A DNA stretch of 47,092 nucleotides from an uncultured Clostridium sp. (GTDB taxonomy: Bacteria; Bacillota_I; Bacilli_A; RF39; UBA660), in contig CALZLL010000002.1 of assembly GCA_945788325.1 (NCBI GenBank), positions 1 through 47,092 of the forward strand, given 5' to 3'. The position numbers and the translations under genes were made by a program. The notes beneath the pieces were generated by a model. That model saw only the letters and a program-made list of their open reading frames with translations. It did not search any database and was not told the DNA's origin. This document shows positions 38,835 through 47,092 of the stretch, piece by piece (position 1 is the first letter of the stretch; the number at the start of each line of letters is the position of its first letter).

Positions 38835-40685
38835 TTATTTTTCAAAATATTTATATATAATTTTATTTAAATCATTAATGTTTATTGGTTTTGATAAATA
38901 TTCATCAAATCCTTCTCTTAAATACATTTCTTTCATACCGGTTATTGCATTAGCGGTTAATGCAACTATTGGAGGCATGTCATACCCATCTAATTTTTTT
39001 AATATATGAAGAGTTTGTATTCCATCCATTTCTGGCATCATATGATCTAAAAAAATTATATCATAATGATTTCCCTCTTTTACTTTGTAAATACATTCTT
39101 TACCACCATTTGCAGTATCAATATTAAAATTATATTTTCCTAGTATTCTACTAGCTACTTTTATATTAAGCTTGTTATCATCTACTATCAAAACATTATA
39201 TTTAGAACAATTTAAATAATTTATTTCTTTATCGTTTTTAATTGGTTCAGTTATGTCTCCTAAAGCTATGTTATTTATGATTTTTTGCTTTATTTCTACA
39301 TAGAAAGTAGTACCAACTTCATACTCACTTTCAAACCAAATTTTACCACCCATTAAATCAACATATTTTTTTGTAATTACAAGCCCTAACCCAGTTCCTT
39401 CTATTTCATTAGATGTTGCGGTATCTAGCCTACTAAATTTCTCAAATAATTTATTATAATCTTCTTTTTTTATACCATAACCCGTATCAGTTATTTTAAA
39501 GTTAAGTTTTTCATAATCACCTTCAGCTGTTCCTTCAATAGTTAATTTTATTTTACCAACTTCAGTATATTTAACTGCATTTGTTAAAATGTTAAGTAAT
39601 ATTTGAAATAATTTAGTTGAATCACCATATAGTTTAGAAGGAATATTTTTATCTACATCAAGAATTAATTTAACTGGTTTATCACCTAATCTAGCTTCTA
39701 TTATACTAGATAATTCCATTATTACACTACCTAGTGAGTATTCCTTTTTATCTAACGTTTCTTTACCAGACTCTATCTTTGATATATCCAAAATATTATT
39801 TATTATATCAAGTAAGTTATTACCTGCTGATGCTATGTGTTTAATATCTGCTCTAGCACTTTTCTCATCAAAATTTGGACTATTAAGTAACGTTTCACTA
39901 AATCCTATTATAGCATTCATTGGTGATCTTATTTCATGGGACATATTTGATAAAAAGTCTGATTTAGCCCTGTTAGATCTTTCTATATCATTTTTTACAT
40001 TTTCTAGTTCTTTTATTATTTTTAAATCTGGATTTTCTATATTAAAATATAAGAAAAACATCTGAATTGCAACTCCTATTGCAGATATTGCAATATATGG
40101 AAAACTTACTTGAAGAACGAATATCACCACTAATTCTATTATCATAATCCAAACAGAAATTTTATTTCTCCTGCTAGCTTGCTTACCATTTCTTAATATA
40201 TATATAACGATTGAAAAAACAGAAAAAGCACAAAATGCTAAAACATAATAAGACGCTGGACCTGGTATATAAGATATGCTGGATGGATTAAGTCTTTCAA
40301 AAGGTACAAAGAAATATCCTAAAGCAGCTAATAAAAAGATAATACTCATAACTTTAGTTTTTTTATCATAATTAATTATTTCCCATAAATTATTAGTCTT
40401 TATATTACTTATAAATACCATACTATAATAATAAAGAAGGGAAAACCAAACAATTCCAGTTGACCAATGAATTCGATAAATAAATAAGTTTAAAAAGTCA
40501 TTATTACAATACCCAACACAAAATGTTGCTATTAACTCAGATACAAGTAAAACAAGTTCTACTAATAACATGTAACGATATATTTTATTTCTAATTGATA
40601 AAAATCTTTGTTTAGAAAAATAAACAATTAAAAGTAAAATGATAAATAGTAAACTTCCTATCGTAAGCATTAATCCTGCTATCAT
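38835..40685 (-). CDS. Hybrid sensor histidine kinase (multi-TM sensor, HisKA, HATPase, REC); ATG 40685 preferred over the GTG at 40694
   Basis: About 7 N-terminal TM helices. H-box [18 protein letters not shown] boxes (DTGYGI, GTGLGL), and a C-terminal REC ([10 protein letters not shown]...[11 protein letters not shown]...ALTANA). RBS AAGGAG lies 8 nt before ATG 40685. Confidence 0.85.
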   Translation of the reverse strand: MIAGLMLTIGSLLFIILLLIVYFSKQRFLSIRNKIYRYMLLVELVLLVSELIATFCVGYCNNDFLNLFIYRIHWSTGIVWFSLLYYYSMVFISNIKTNNLWEIINYDKKTKVMSIIFLLAALGYFFVPFERLNPSSISYIPGPASYYVLAFCAFSVFSIVIYILRNGKQASRRNKISVWIMIIELVVIFVLQVSFPYIAISAIGVAIQMFFLYFNIENPDLKIIKELENVKNDIERSNRAKSDFLSNMSHEIRSPMNAIIGFSETLLNSPNFDEKSARADIKHIASAGNNLLDIINNILDISKIESGKETLDKKEYSLGSVIMELSSIIEARLGDKPVKLILDVDKNIPSKLYGDSTKLFQILLNILTNAVKYTEVGKIKLTIEGTAEGDYEKLNFKITDTGYGIKKEDYNKLFEKFSRLDTATSNEIEGTGLGLVITKKYVDLMGGKIWFESEYEVGTTFYVEIKQKIINNIALGDITEPIKNDKEINYLNCSKYNVLIVDDNKLNIKVASRILGKYNFNIDTANGGKECIYKVKEGNHYDIIFLDHMMPEMDGIQTLHILKKLDGYDMPPIVALTANAITGMKEMYLREGFDEYLSKPININDLNKIIYKYFEK

Positions 40686-40690
40686 AAACT

Positions 40691-42580
40691 TCACTCCTTT
40701 TTATCTTCGTTAAAGAACTTATTTATTAAATGGTTTAATTCTTTATAATTAATTGGTTTTGATAAATAATCACTAAAACCAGCTTCTAGATATTTTTCTT
40801 TTAACCCAGTATATGAATTAGCTGTTAAAGCTATAACTGGTGGAATATTATATCCAGAAGTTTTAAGGACTTTCATGGTTGAAACACCATCCATTTCAGG
40901 CATCATATGATCCAAAAAAATCATATCATATTTATTTTCTTTTACTTTATCTATACATTCACGTCCACTATTTACCGAATCTATTGTAAAATTATATGTT
41001 TCTAATAATCTTTTAGCTAACTTAATATTAATTTTATTATCATCAACAATAAGTACTTTTTTTCCAATACAATCAATTAAATCTGCGCTACTAGTAACAC
41101 CTTTATTTTTTGTTTCAAAAATATTACCAATCATATTTTTATCAACAACGTTTTGTTTTATAGTAATATAATATTTGGTGCCTTTTCCTGGTTCATTTAA
41201 AAACTTTATATCACCACCAAGCATCAATAATAATCTTTTAGCTATTATCAATCCTAAGGTTGTACTGTCAATATTATTTTGAGTACTATTACCCAATTTA
41301 ACAAAGTCATTAAAATCTTTTTCAAAATCTTCGGTCTTCATTGCATGACCAGTATTAGAAATAGTAAATTCTAATAAAAATTTATCTTCTTCCTCTTTTC
41401 CATCCACACTTAATTCTACTTTACCATAATTTGTATACTTAATTGCGTTAACTAAAGTACATACAATTATTTTATATATTTTAGAGTAATCACCATAATA
41501 TTTACTAGGAATATTATTATTTACGTTTATCTTAAACTCTAAAACTTCTTTGTTTATCTTAGAAGATACAACGCTATTAATTTCAAAAATTAAATTTTCT
41601 AATAAATATTCTTTTTCTTCAATTGATTCTTTCCCTGATTCTATTCTTGATATATCAAGTATGTTATTAATTAAATCAAGTAAATTTATACTAGCATCAT
41701 AAATATTTTTAGTATCTTTTTTTACCATTTCTTCGGTTAATTCTTTCTCATTTAAAAGCGATTCACTAAAACCTAAGATGGTATTCATAGGTGTTCTTAT
41801 CTCATGAGACATATTTGATAAAAATTCCGTTTTAGCTCGATCCGCTAACTCTGCTTGTTCCTTTGATTTCTCAAGTTCATTAATCAATTTATTATCTTGG
41901 CTTTCAATAGTAAAATAAAGTGTAATTAAACAAAAAGTAAATATAAAAGTTAAATCATTAAAATCATATCCCAATAAAATTTGACCTGCTGTTATAATAA
42001 CAAAAAACACGGATGCAAAATAAATCGGTGATCGTTGCTCAAGAGGTAATTTCATACTATTTCTTAACAACACAAATAGTAATAAAACAATAAGTATGAA
42101 TCCTACAAAATATATAACATTTACAGCATCACCACCAATTACGTATAATACACCATTACCTCCGGTATAAGTAATAGGTGCACAACATGATATTATAAAT
42201 AATATAGGAATTATAAACATAGCTATAATTGTAATTATAATAATAGTTTTCTTTTTATTTTTTTTAACTTTATTTTTATTTCCAAGTGACCAAATATAAA
42301 TCATTAGGCAGGTAACCCAAATAATCGCACCAAGAATGTAGCCTCTACATAATATTTCATTAACTAAAGGTATTATATCTCTAATACTCATCGTATATAC
42401 ACATACTATTTCTAAAACAAGTAAAATAATCGTTAAAACAAGTAAAAAAGCATATATATTATTTTCTAGGTTCTTAAACTTCTTTTTACTAAGATACATA
42501 AATGAAACAAGTAATAAAAATACAAGCGCACATATTGTAAATCCCATACTAGGAAACAAATTATATTTCACTTTAAACAC
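40691..42580 (-). CDS. Hybrid sensor histidine kinase, paralog of the downstream gene
   Basis: Same architecture as the downstream kinase. H-box [16 protein letters not shown] and [13 protein letters not shown]...[11 protein letters not shown]...ALTANS. The exact start is uncertain (GTG at 42580 or 42571). Confidence 0.85.
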   Translation of the reverse strand: MFKVKYNLFPSMGFTICALVFLLLVSFMYLSKKKFKNLENNIYAFLLVLTIILLVLEIVCVYTMSIRDIIPLVNEILCRGYILGAIIWVTCLMIYIWSLGNKNKVKKNKKKTIIIITIIAMFIIPILFIISCCAPITYTGGNGVLYVIGGDAVNVIYFVGFILIVLLLFVLLRNSMKLPLEQRSPIYFASVFFVIITAGQILLGYDFNDLTFIFTFCLITLYFTIESQDNKLINELEKSKEQAELADRAKTEFLSNMSHEIRTPMNTILGFSESLLNEKELTEEMVKKDTKNIYDASINLLDLINNILDISRIESGKESIEEKEYLLENLIFEINSVVSSKINKEVLEFKINVNNNIPSKYYGDYSKIYKIIVCTLVNAIKYTNYGKVELSVDGKEEEDKFLLEFTISNTGHAMKTEDFEKDFNDFVKLGNSTQNNIDSTTLGLIIAKRLLLMLGGDIKFLNEPGKGTKYYITIKQNVVDKNMIGNIFETKNKGVTSSADLIDCIGKKVLIVDDNKINIKLAKRLLETYNFTIDSVNSGRECIDKVKENKYDMIFLDHMMPEMDGVSTMKVLKTSGYNIPPVIALTANSYTGLKEKYLEAGFSDYLSKPINYKELNHLINKFFNEDKKE

Positions 42581-42597
42581 TCCCTTGATATTTTTTA

Positions 42598-44196
42598 TTA
42601 ATCAATAATCTTAGAAAAACTATCTATTAATTTAGGATTAAACATAACATCTTTTCTTTTAATTATCATTTCTTTAGCTACTTTACCATGCTTTCTTTCT
42701 AAATTATTATAATTTATACAAATAGCTGCTAATTGAGCTTCTAATGGTATTTCATCTTCTTTTAATCCATTTGGATATCCTGTTCCATTATAATTTTCAT
42801 GATAAAACTTAGTTATGTTATCAGCGTACTTTTTATACATGGCATCAGACTTTAAAGACAATACATAATCAAGCATCTTAGAACCAAATAAAGGATATTT
42901 CTTTATCTTTTCTAATTCTTTTTCATTAAAACCATCTTTTTTACTTAAAATTGACCTAGGAATAGAATAAAATCCTATATCATAATACATCGATGCATCA
43001 GCCATCTTTTCTATTTTTTCATCAGTTAAATCATATTCAGGATAATCTATCATTACTTGTTTTGAAAGTTTTCTAATAAGTTCATTTACATTTTTTATGT
43101 TAGCTTCATAATCATACTGATAACTTTCTACAAAAGGATTTATTAAATCTTTTAAATTTCTTGATTGATCACTAATTAAATTATTTAATGAATTACTAGA
43201 TTTATAAAGATTTATAAAATTACCAATTCTATGTTTTACAACTTGAAAATCAAAAGGTTTTTCAAGCATGTCAGCAACTCCATAGTTATAAACTCTTGCT
43301 TTAGTTTCCTTTTCATAATCACCACTTATAATAATAACTGGTATTCTATATAGATAATTATTTTTACTTAAATATTCTAAAACCGCAAATCCATCTAAAA
43401 CAGGCATTGTTAAATCTAGAAAAATACCAAGAATATTATCAGATGATTCAGTTATTCCCTTTTTAGAATTTTCTTCTAAATAATCAATAGCTTCTTTACC
43501 ATTAGTTGCCATAACTATTTTATATTCATCATCAAATACTTTCTTAATCATTTTTCTAGTAAGCATATCATCATCAACGATTAATATAACATCATCTACC
43601 CTACCACTTACGTTAGCTTGGGTTTTGTTTAAACTTACCCTTAAATCAGGATATGAAGTCGTAAGGCCATTAATTATTGACCCAACGTAATCTTCAACGT
43701 TTTTAATATTAGTTTTTTTCTCATCTAAATTAAAAACGTTTTCTATTTTAATAATTGAATCAGCCAATCTTCTAATTAAAGTATCATATTTAGAATCATT
43801 GGCTTCTTTAGAGGTAGTTACGTCTTCTTTTATTTGTTTATTGATTAATAATATTAATTCCTTATCTTGAACGTTTATTATCGTTGCTTCGGCTTCGTAC
43901 CATTTACCACTTAAAGCTAGGTATTTAAAATTTACTTTTTCTTTTCCTTCGTTTAGTTCCTCTTTTAATTTAGGTATGGAAACAACGTTCATATAACCTT
44001 TTAAATAAGGTGATTGAACCTTTGTTTTAATTTCTTCTAAGTAATTAGTCATGGTATCTTTTTTATCAATGCTTAAAGCACCACTAGTAATCGTATACTT
44101 AGTAACCAAATCATTAAATACATCAAATAAATAAATACTTAAATCATCAGTTAGAATCATCTTTTTTAATGTTTTTTCTAGCAATTCATCACTCAT
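42598..44196 (-). CDS. Response regulator: unknown N-domain, REC, and a degenerate HD-GYP domain
   Basis: REC motifs: [13 protein letters not shown]...[10 protein letters not shown]...IIISG. The C-terminus has [14 protein letters not shown] (GYP retained), but YYDIGF replaces HDIGK. Confidence 0.8.
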   Translation of the reverse strand: MSDELLEKTLKKMILTDDLSIYLFDVFNDLVTKYTITSGALSIDKKDTMTNYLEEIKTKVQSPYLKGYMNVVSIPKLKEELNEGKEKVNFKYLALSGKWYEAEATIINVQDKELILLINKQIKEDVTTSKEANDSKYDTLIRRLADSIIKIENVFNLDEKKTNIKNVEDYVGSIINGLTTSYPDLRVSLNKTQANVSGRVDDVILIVDDDMLTRKMIKKVFDDEYKIVMATNGKEAIDYLEENSKKGITESSDNILGIFLDLTMPVLDGFAVLEYLSKNNYLYRIPVIIISGDYEKETKARVYNYGVADMLEKPFDFQVVKHRIGNFINLYKSSNSLNNLISDQSRNLKDLINPFVESYQYDYEANIKNVNELIRKLSKQVMIDYPEYDLTDEKIEKMADASMYYDIGFYSIPRSILSKKDGFNEKELEKIKKYPLFGSKMLDYVLSLKSDAMYKKYADNITKFYHENYNGTGYPNGLKEDEIPLEAQLAAICINYNNLERKHGKVAKEMIIKRKDVMFNPKLIDSFSKIID

Positions 44197-44216
44197 GCCA
44201 ATTCCTCCTTATCCCT

Positions 44217-44579
44217 TTATAAATTCTTATAATTTGATATTATTTGTTTTGTTTCTTCGATATTTTTCAATAATTCATCATAATGTTCATTAACGTAGTT
44301 TATATCATTAGCTTTACTAGCCATTTCATGAGCATAACATATATCTCCTAATTTCATAAACCCAAAACTTCTTGCATTACTTTTCATAGCATGCACTTTT
44401 ATTGCATAATTAGGCATATCTCCTTGATTTTTAAAACTATCTATTGCGGATGTTTCCTCATCAAAACTATCATAAAAATCATCTAACATTTCATTATAAG
44501 TTTCTAAATCCATCATGTTAGCTATTCCAGCTACCACATCTACTCCCATACTTTTTAAGTAATCTTCTTTTTGATTCAT
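44217..44579 (-). CDS. Histidine phosphotransfer (Hpt) protein
   Basis: HAMKSNARSFGF matches the Hpt H-x-x-K-(G/S)-x-A motif. It is a 120-aa all-helical-looking protein and the first gene of the cluster. Confidence 0.72.
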   Translation of the reverse strand: MNQKEDYLKSMGVDVVAGIANMMDLETYNEMLDDFYDSFDEETSAIDSFKNQGDMPNYAIKVHAMKSNARSFGFMKLGDICYAHEMASKANDINYVNEHYDELLKNIEETKQIISNYKNL

Positions 44580-44702
44580 GTTTATCCCTACTTTCCTATC
44601 ATTTATAATTGTACTATAAATATAATAAAATTACAATTAATCAATTGATTTTTTATAATAAAAATTAACAAAAAAAGATAGAAAAACCTATCCTTTAAAA
44701 AA

Positions 44703-46856
44703 TTACAAATCATTTTTTCTTACCAAGTTTATTCCAAGATCATATAATTTTTTTTTGTCATATGTATTTACCTTATCATAATGATATATTATCATGTTAT
44801 TATTTTCTGTTCTTACCAAAAACTTGTTACCAAACTGATCTTTTAAGTAGCTACTTTTTACTTTATATTTTTTATTTAAATTAAACTTACTTATCATGGA
44901 TTCTGGATAACTATTTATTATAACCGAAAGATTAGGATGTTTTTTATACCTAGATTTATATGTTTCAACCAATTTTTCAATTTGTTTTAAAGAAAGTTCA
45001 TAAGAAAGTGTTACTCGGTATGCCCCTATACTATGTAAAAAGGCAACAGTGTATGAATTAACCACGTTAAAAGAAAAATCTGTTTCAAACTTTTCATATT
45101 TTAACATGCTTCCAAAATCACCAATTAAAACTGGATTTTTAACGTTTATATCAGTATTAATAACCCTTGGTAATTTTATTATTACATCATCATTTAATTC
45201 TTTTAAATTACTGGTATAAATAACATCATATTTTTCTTTCAAATTTTCATAATTATTTAAATTAGGGACTAATATACCGTCCTTTTTCTCCTCAACGAAA
45301 TTAGGAACATCTAAATTATATTCTTTTTCTTCATACTCTAAATCATATAATCTTTTATTATTTAATTCATCTATTGCCTTTCTTCTTATGTTATTAATAT
45401 CTTTTATATTTATAAAAATATCATCATCTACTAAAACACTTATATTACTAAATTTATATATAGTATCACCAGTTTTATTAATCTGTTTTTTTATTATTTC
45501 TTCAGTTATTGGGTTGTTTTTTGAAGGTTCAATCTTTTTATCTGAGATTACTTTTATAGTATTTATTCCATCAGTTATCTTTAATTTTAAAAAATCATTT
45601 TTTCTAGCTATTACGTTTGCCCAAATTAAAACTTTTCTTTGTTTATGTTTTAATATATCATCTATTTCATTTAATTGGTTATAATCAGTAGTTAAAACAA
45701 TTTTTGATCCTGGTTTAACATATTTATCATATTTAATTTTTACAACACTACCTTTAAAAGCTTTAATAACTGATTTATTGTTAACGTACATTTTATTAAC
45801 TACAAGTCCTTTATCTTCTTTATCATCAATAATTCTAAGTCCATCATGAACATTTAAATCATTAATTAGTTTGATTTCTAATTCATTATTATTATTTTTT
45901 AGTACTCTACCAAGCTCTATTCCTTTATGATTAGGCCTTAATTCATAAGTAAAATTATCATTATGACATCCTAACATAAAACCTTTGGTAAATTCTCTGT
46001 TAAAAAGCTTTTTTAAATTAATTAAATCATCTTGTTTTAAGTTTAAATTACCAGTTTTATAATAATTATCAATTGCCTTTCTATATATTTTAGTAACTAA
46101 ATAAACATATTCAGACCTTTTCATTCTTCCTTCTATTTTAAAACTATCAATACCTATTTCTATTAATTCATCCAAATGTTCTAAAGTACATAAATCTTTC
46201 GTACTTAAAAGATAATTATTATCATTTAGTTTATTATTATTCTCATCATATAAGTCATATTTTTTTCTACATACTTGAGCACAAGTTCCACGATTACCAC
46301 TTCTTTTACCAATTAACGCACTTGCTAAACACTGACCAGAATAACTAATACATAATGCCCCATGAATAAATACTTCAACTTCTATATCTATTTCTTCTTT
46401 TATTTTTTTTATTATGTCTATTGGTGTTTCCCTTGCCATGACGATTCTTTTAATACCTAATTGTTTTGCTAATAAAGCTCCATCATAAGTATGAATATTC
46501 ATTTGTGTAGATGCATGAATTTCAAGTTTCGGAAATTTTCTTCTTAATAAATCAAACATTCCCAAGTCTTGAACAATTACCGCATCAATGTTATTTTCAT
46601 GAGCAAATCTAACATATTCTAAAAATTTATCAACCTCTTTATCATAAACAAGCGTGTTAATTGTTAGATAAACTTTAACACCATATAAATGAGCATACTT
46701 TATAGCTTCTAATAATTCATCATTTGAAAAATTACCAGCAAAAGCCCTTGCACCAAACATAATACCACCTACGTAAACAGCATCACATCCGGCTTCTATC
46801 GCTGCCTTTAAAGAATCCATGTTTCCAGCAGGTGATAATAACTCAACTTTCTTCAT
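44703..46856 (-). CDS. Peptidase U32 family protein, long (717 aa) form
   Basis: LSPAGN at the N-terminus. The U32 signature is EVFIHGALCISYSGQCLAS...GNRGTCAQVCR. Confidence 0.85.
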   Translation of the reverse strand: MKKVELLSPAGNMDSLKAAIEAGCDAVYVGGIMFGARAFAGNFSNDELLEAIKYAHLYGVKVYLTINTLVYDKEVDKFLEYVRFAHENNIDAVIVQDLGMFDLLRRKFPKLEIHASTQMNIHTYDGALLAKQLGIKRIVMARETPIDIIKKIKEEIDIEVEVFIHGALCISYSGQCLASALIGKRSGNRGTCAQVCRKKYDLYDENNNKLNDNNYLLSTKDLCTLEHLDELIEIGIDSFKIEGRMKRSEYVYLVTKIYRKAIDNYYKTGNLNLKQDDLINLKKLFNREFTKGFMLGCHNDNFTYELRPNHKGIELGRVLKNNNNELEIKLINDLNVHDGLRIIDDKEDKGLVVNKMYVNNKSVIKAFKGSVVKIKYDKYVKPGSKIVLTTDYNQLNEIDDILKHKQRKVLIWANVIARKNDFLKLKITDGINTIKVISDKKIEPSKNNPITEEIIKKQINKTGDTIYKFSNISVLVDDDIFINIKDINNIRRKAIDELNNKRLYDLEYEEKEYNLDVPNFVEEKKDGILVPNLNNYENLKEKYDVIYTSNLKELNDDVIIKLPRVINTDINVKNPVLIGDFGSMLKYEKFETDFSFNVVNSYTVAFLHSIGAYRVTLSYELSLKQIEKLVETYKSRYKKHPNLSVIINSYPESMISKFNLNKKYKVKSSYLKDQFGNKFLVRTENNNMIIYHYDKVNTYDKKKLYDLGINLVRKNDL

Positions 46857-46896
46857 TTAAACACCATCACTTTTCTTTAAATAGTATATCATATTT

Positions 46897-46930
46897 AAAA
46901 AGTAAAACTAATTATTAAGTTTTACTTTTT
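46897..46930 (-). terminator. Terminator hairpin overlapping the stop of the Rpn-like gene
   Basis: AGTAAAACT-aattatta-AGTTTTACT, with flanking A and T runs. Confidence 0.5.
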
Positions 46931-47092
46931 TAACATTTCTATTTCTTTAATAGTTAATCCAGTACTTTCAGATATAATTGCTTCATCTATTCCTTGTTTT
47001 ATAAGATTTTTAGCAACTTCCATTTTAACTTTAGCGCTTCCTTCTTTTTTACCTCTGTTCCATCCATCTTCTAAAGCATCTTCTATTAATGA
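46922..47092 (-). CDS. C-terminal fragment of an Rpn-family recombination-promoting nuclease / putative transposase (the N-terminus lies outside the window)
   Basis: My translation: ...SLIEDALEDGWNRGKKEGSAKVKMEVAKNLIKQGIDEAIISESTGLTIKEIEMLKK*. The (E)G..(E)G....IAKNL...G...E.I...TGL..EEI tail is typical of this family. Confidence 0.55.
   Translation of the reverse strand, partial: SLIEDALEDGWNRGKKEGSAKVKMEVAKNLIKQGIDEAIISESTGLTIKEIEMLKK

Overview
This is a very AT-rich chromosomal segment from a spore-forming Firmicute, with almost every gene on the minus strand. The backbone follows the Bacillus-type order: rpsT | gpr-spoIIP-yqxA-like ... lepA-hemW ... hrcA-grpE-dnaK-(pepF)-dnaJ. It also carries metG and trpS (each with a T-box leader), murE, mutL-miaA, a P-type ATPase and a U32 peptidase. 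Several small accessory insertions interrupt this backbone.

The most notable one is a ~3.5 kb islet between murE and metG (about 3131-6647). It holds three elements:
- A complete retron: an msr-msd ncRNA bounded by 8-bp inverted repeats, plus an Ec86-like reverse transcriptase. It has its own -10 element and a downstream hairpin with a T-run, but no recognisable effector in the usual position.
- A co-oriented, membrane-anchored lytic-transglycosylase (SLT) ORF immediately upstream of the ncRNA.
- A ToxIN/AbiQ-like type III toxin-antitoxin locus: promoter, about 2.5 copies of a 34-nt tandem repeat, an internal terminator, then toxN. The toxN gene carries one in-frame TAA at codon 33.

Other points of interest:
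- A standalone Clp-D1-like AAA+ ATPase.
- A protein made of near-identical 246-nt helicase-associated-domain repeats.
- A 2.6 kb insertion between hrcA and hemW, including a BspA-type LRR protein.
- A minimal kinase-fold ORF wedged between mutL and miaA.
- A four-gene phosphorelay (Hpt, REC plus degenerate HD-GYP, two paralogous 7TM hybrid histidine kinases).
- An Rpn-family fragment at the right edge.

I saw no rRNA, tRNA or CRISPR array. All calls rest on reading motifs by eye. No database search was run.
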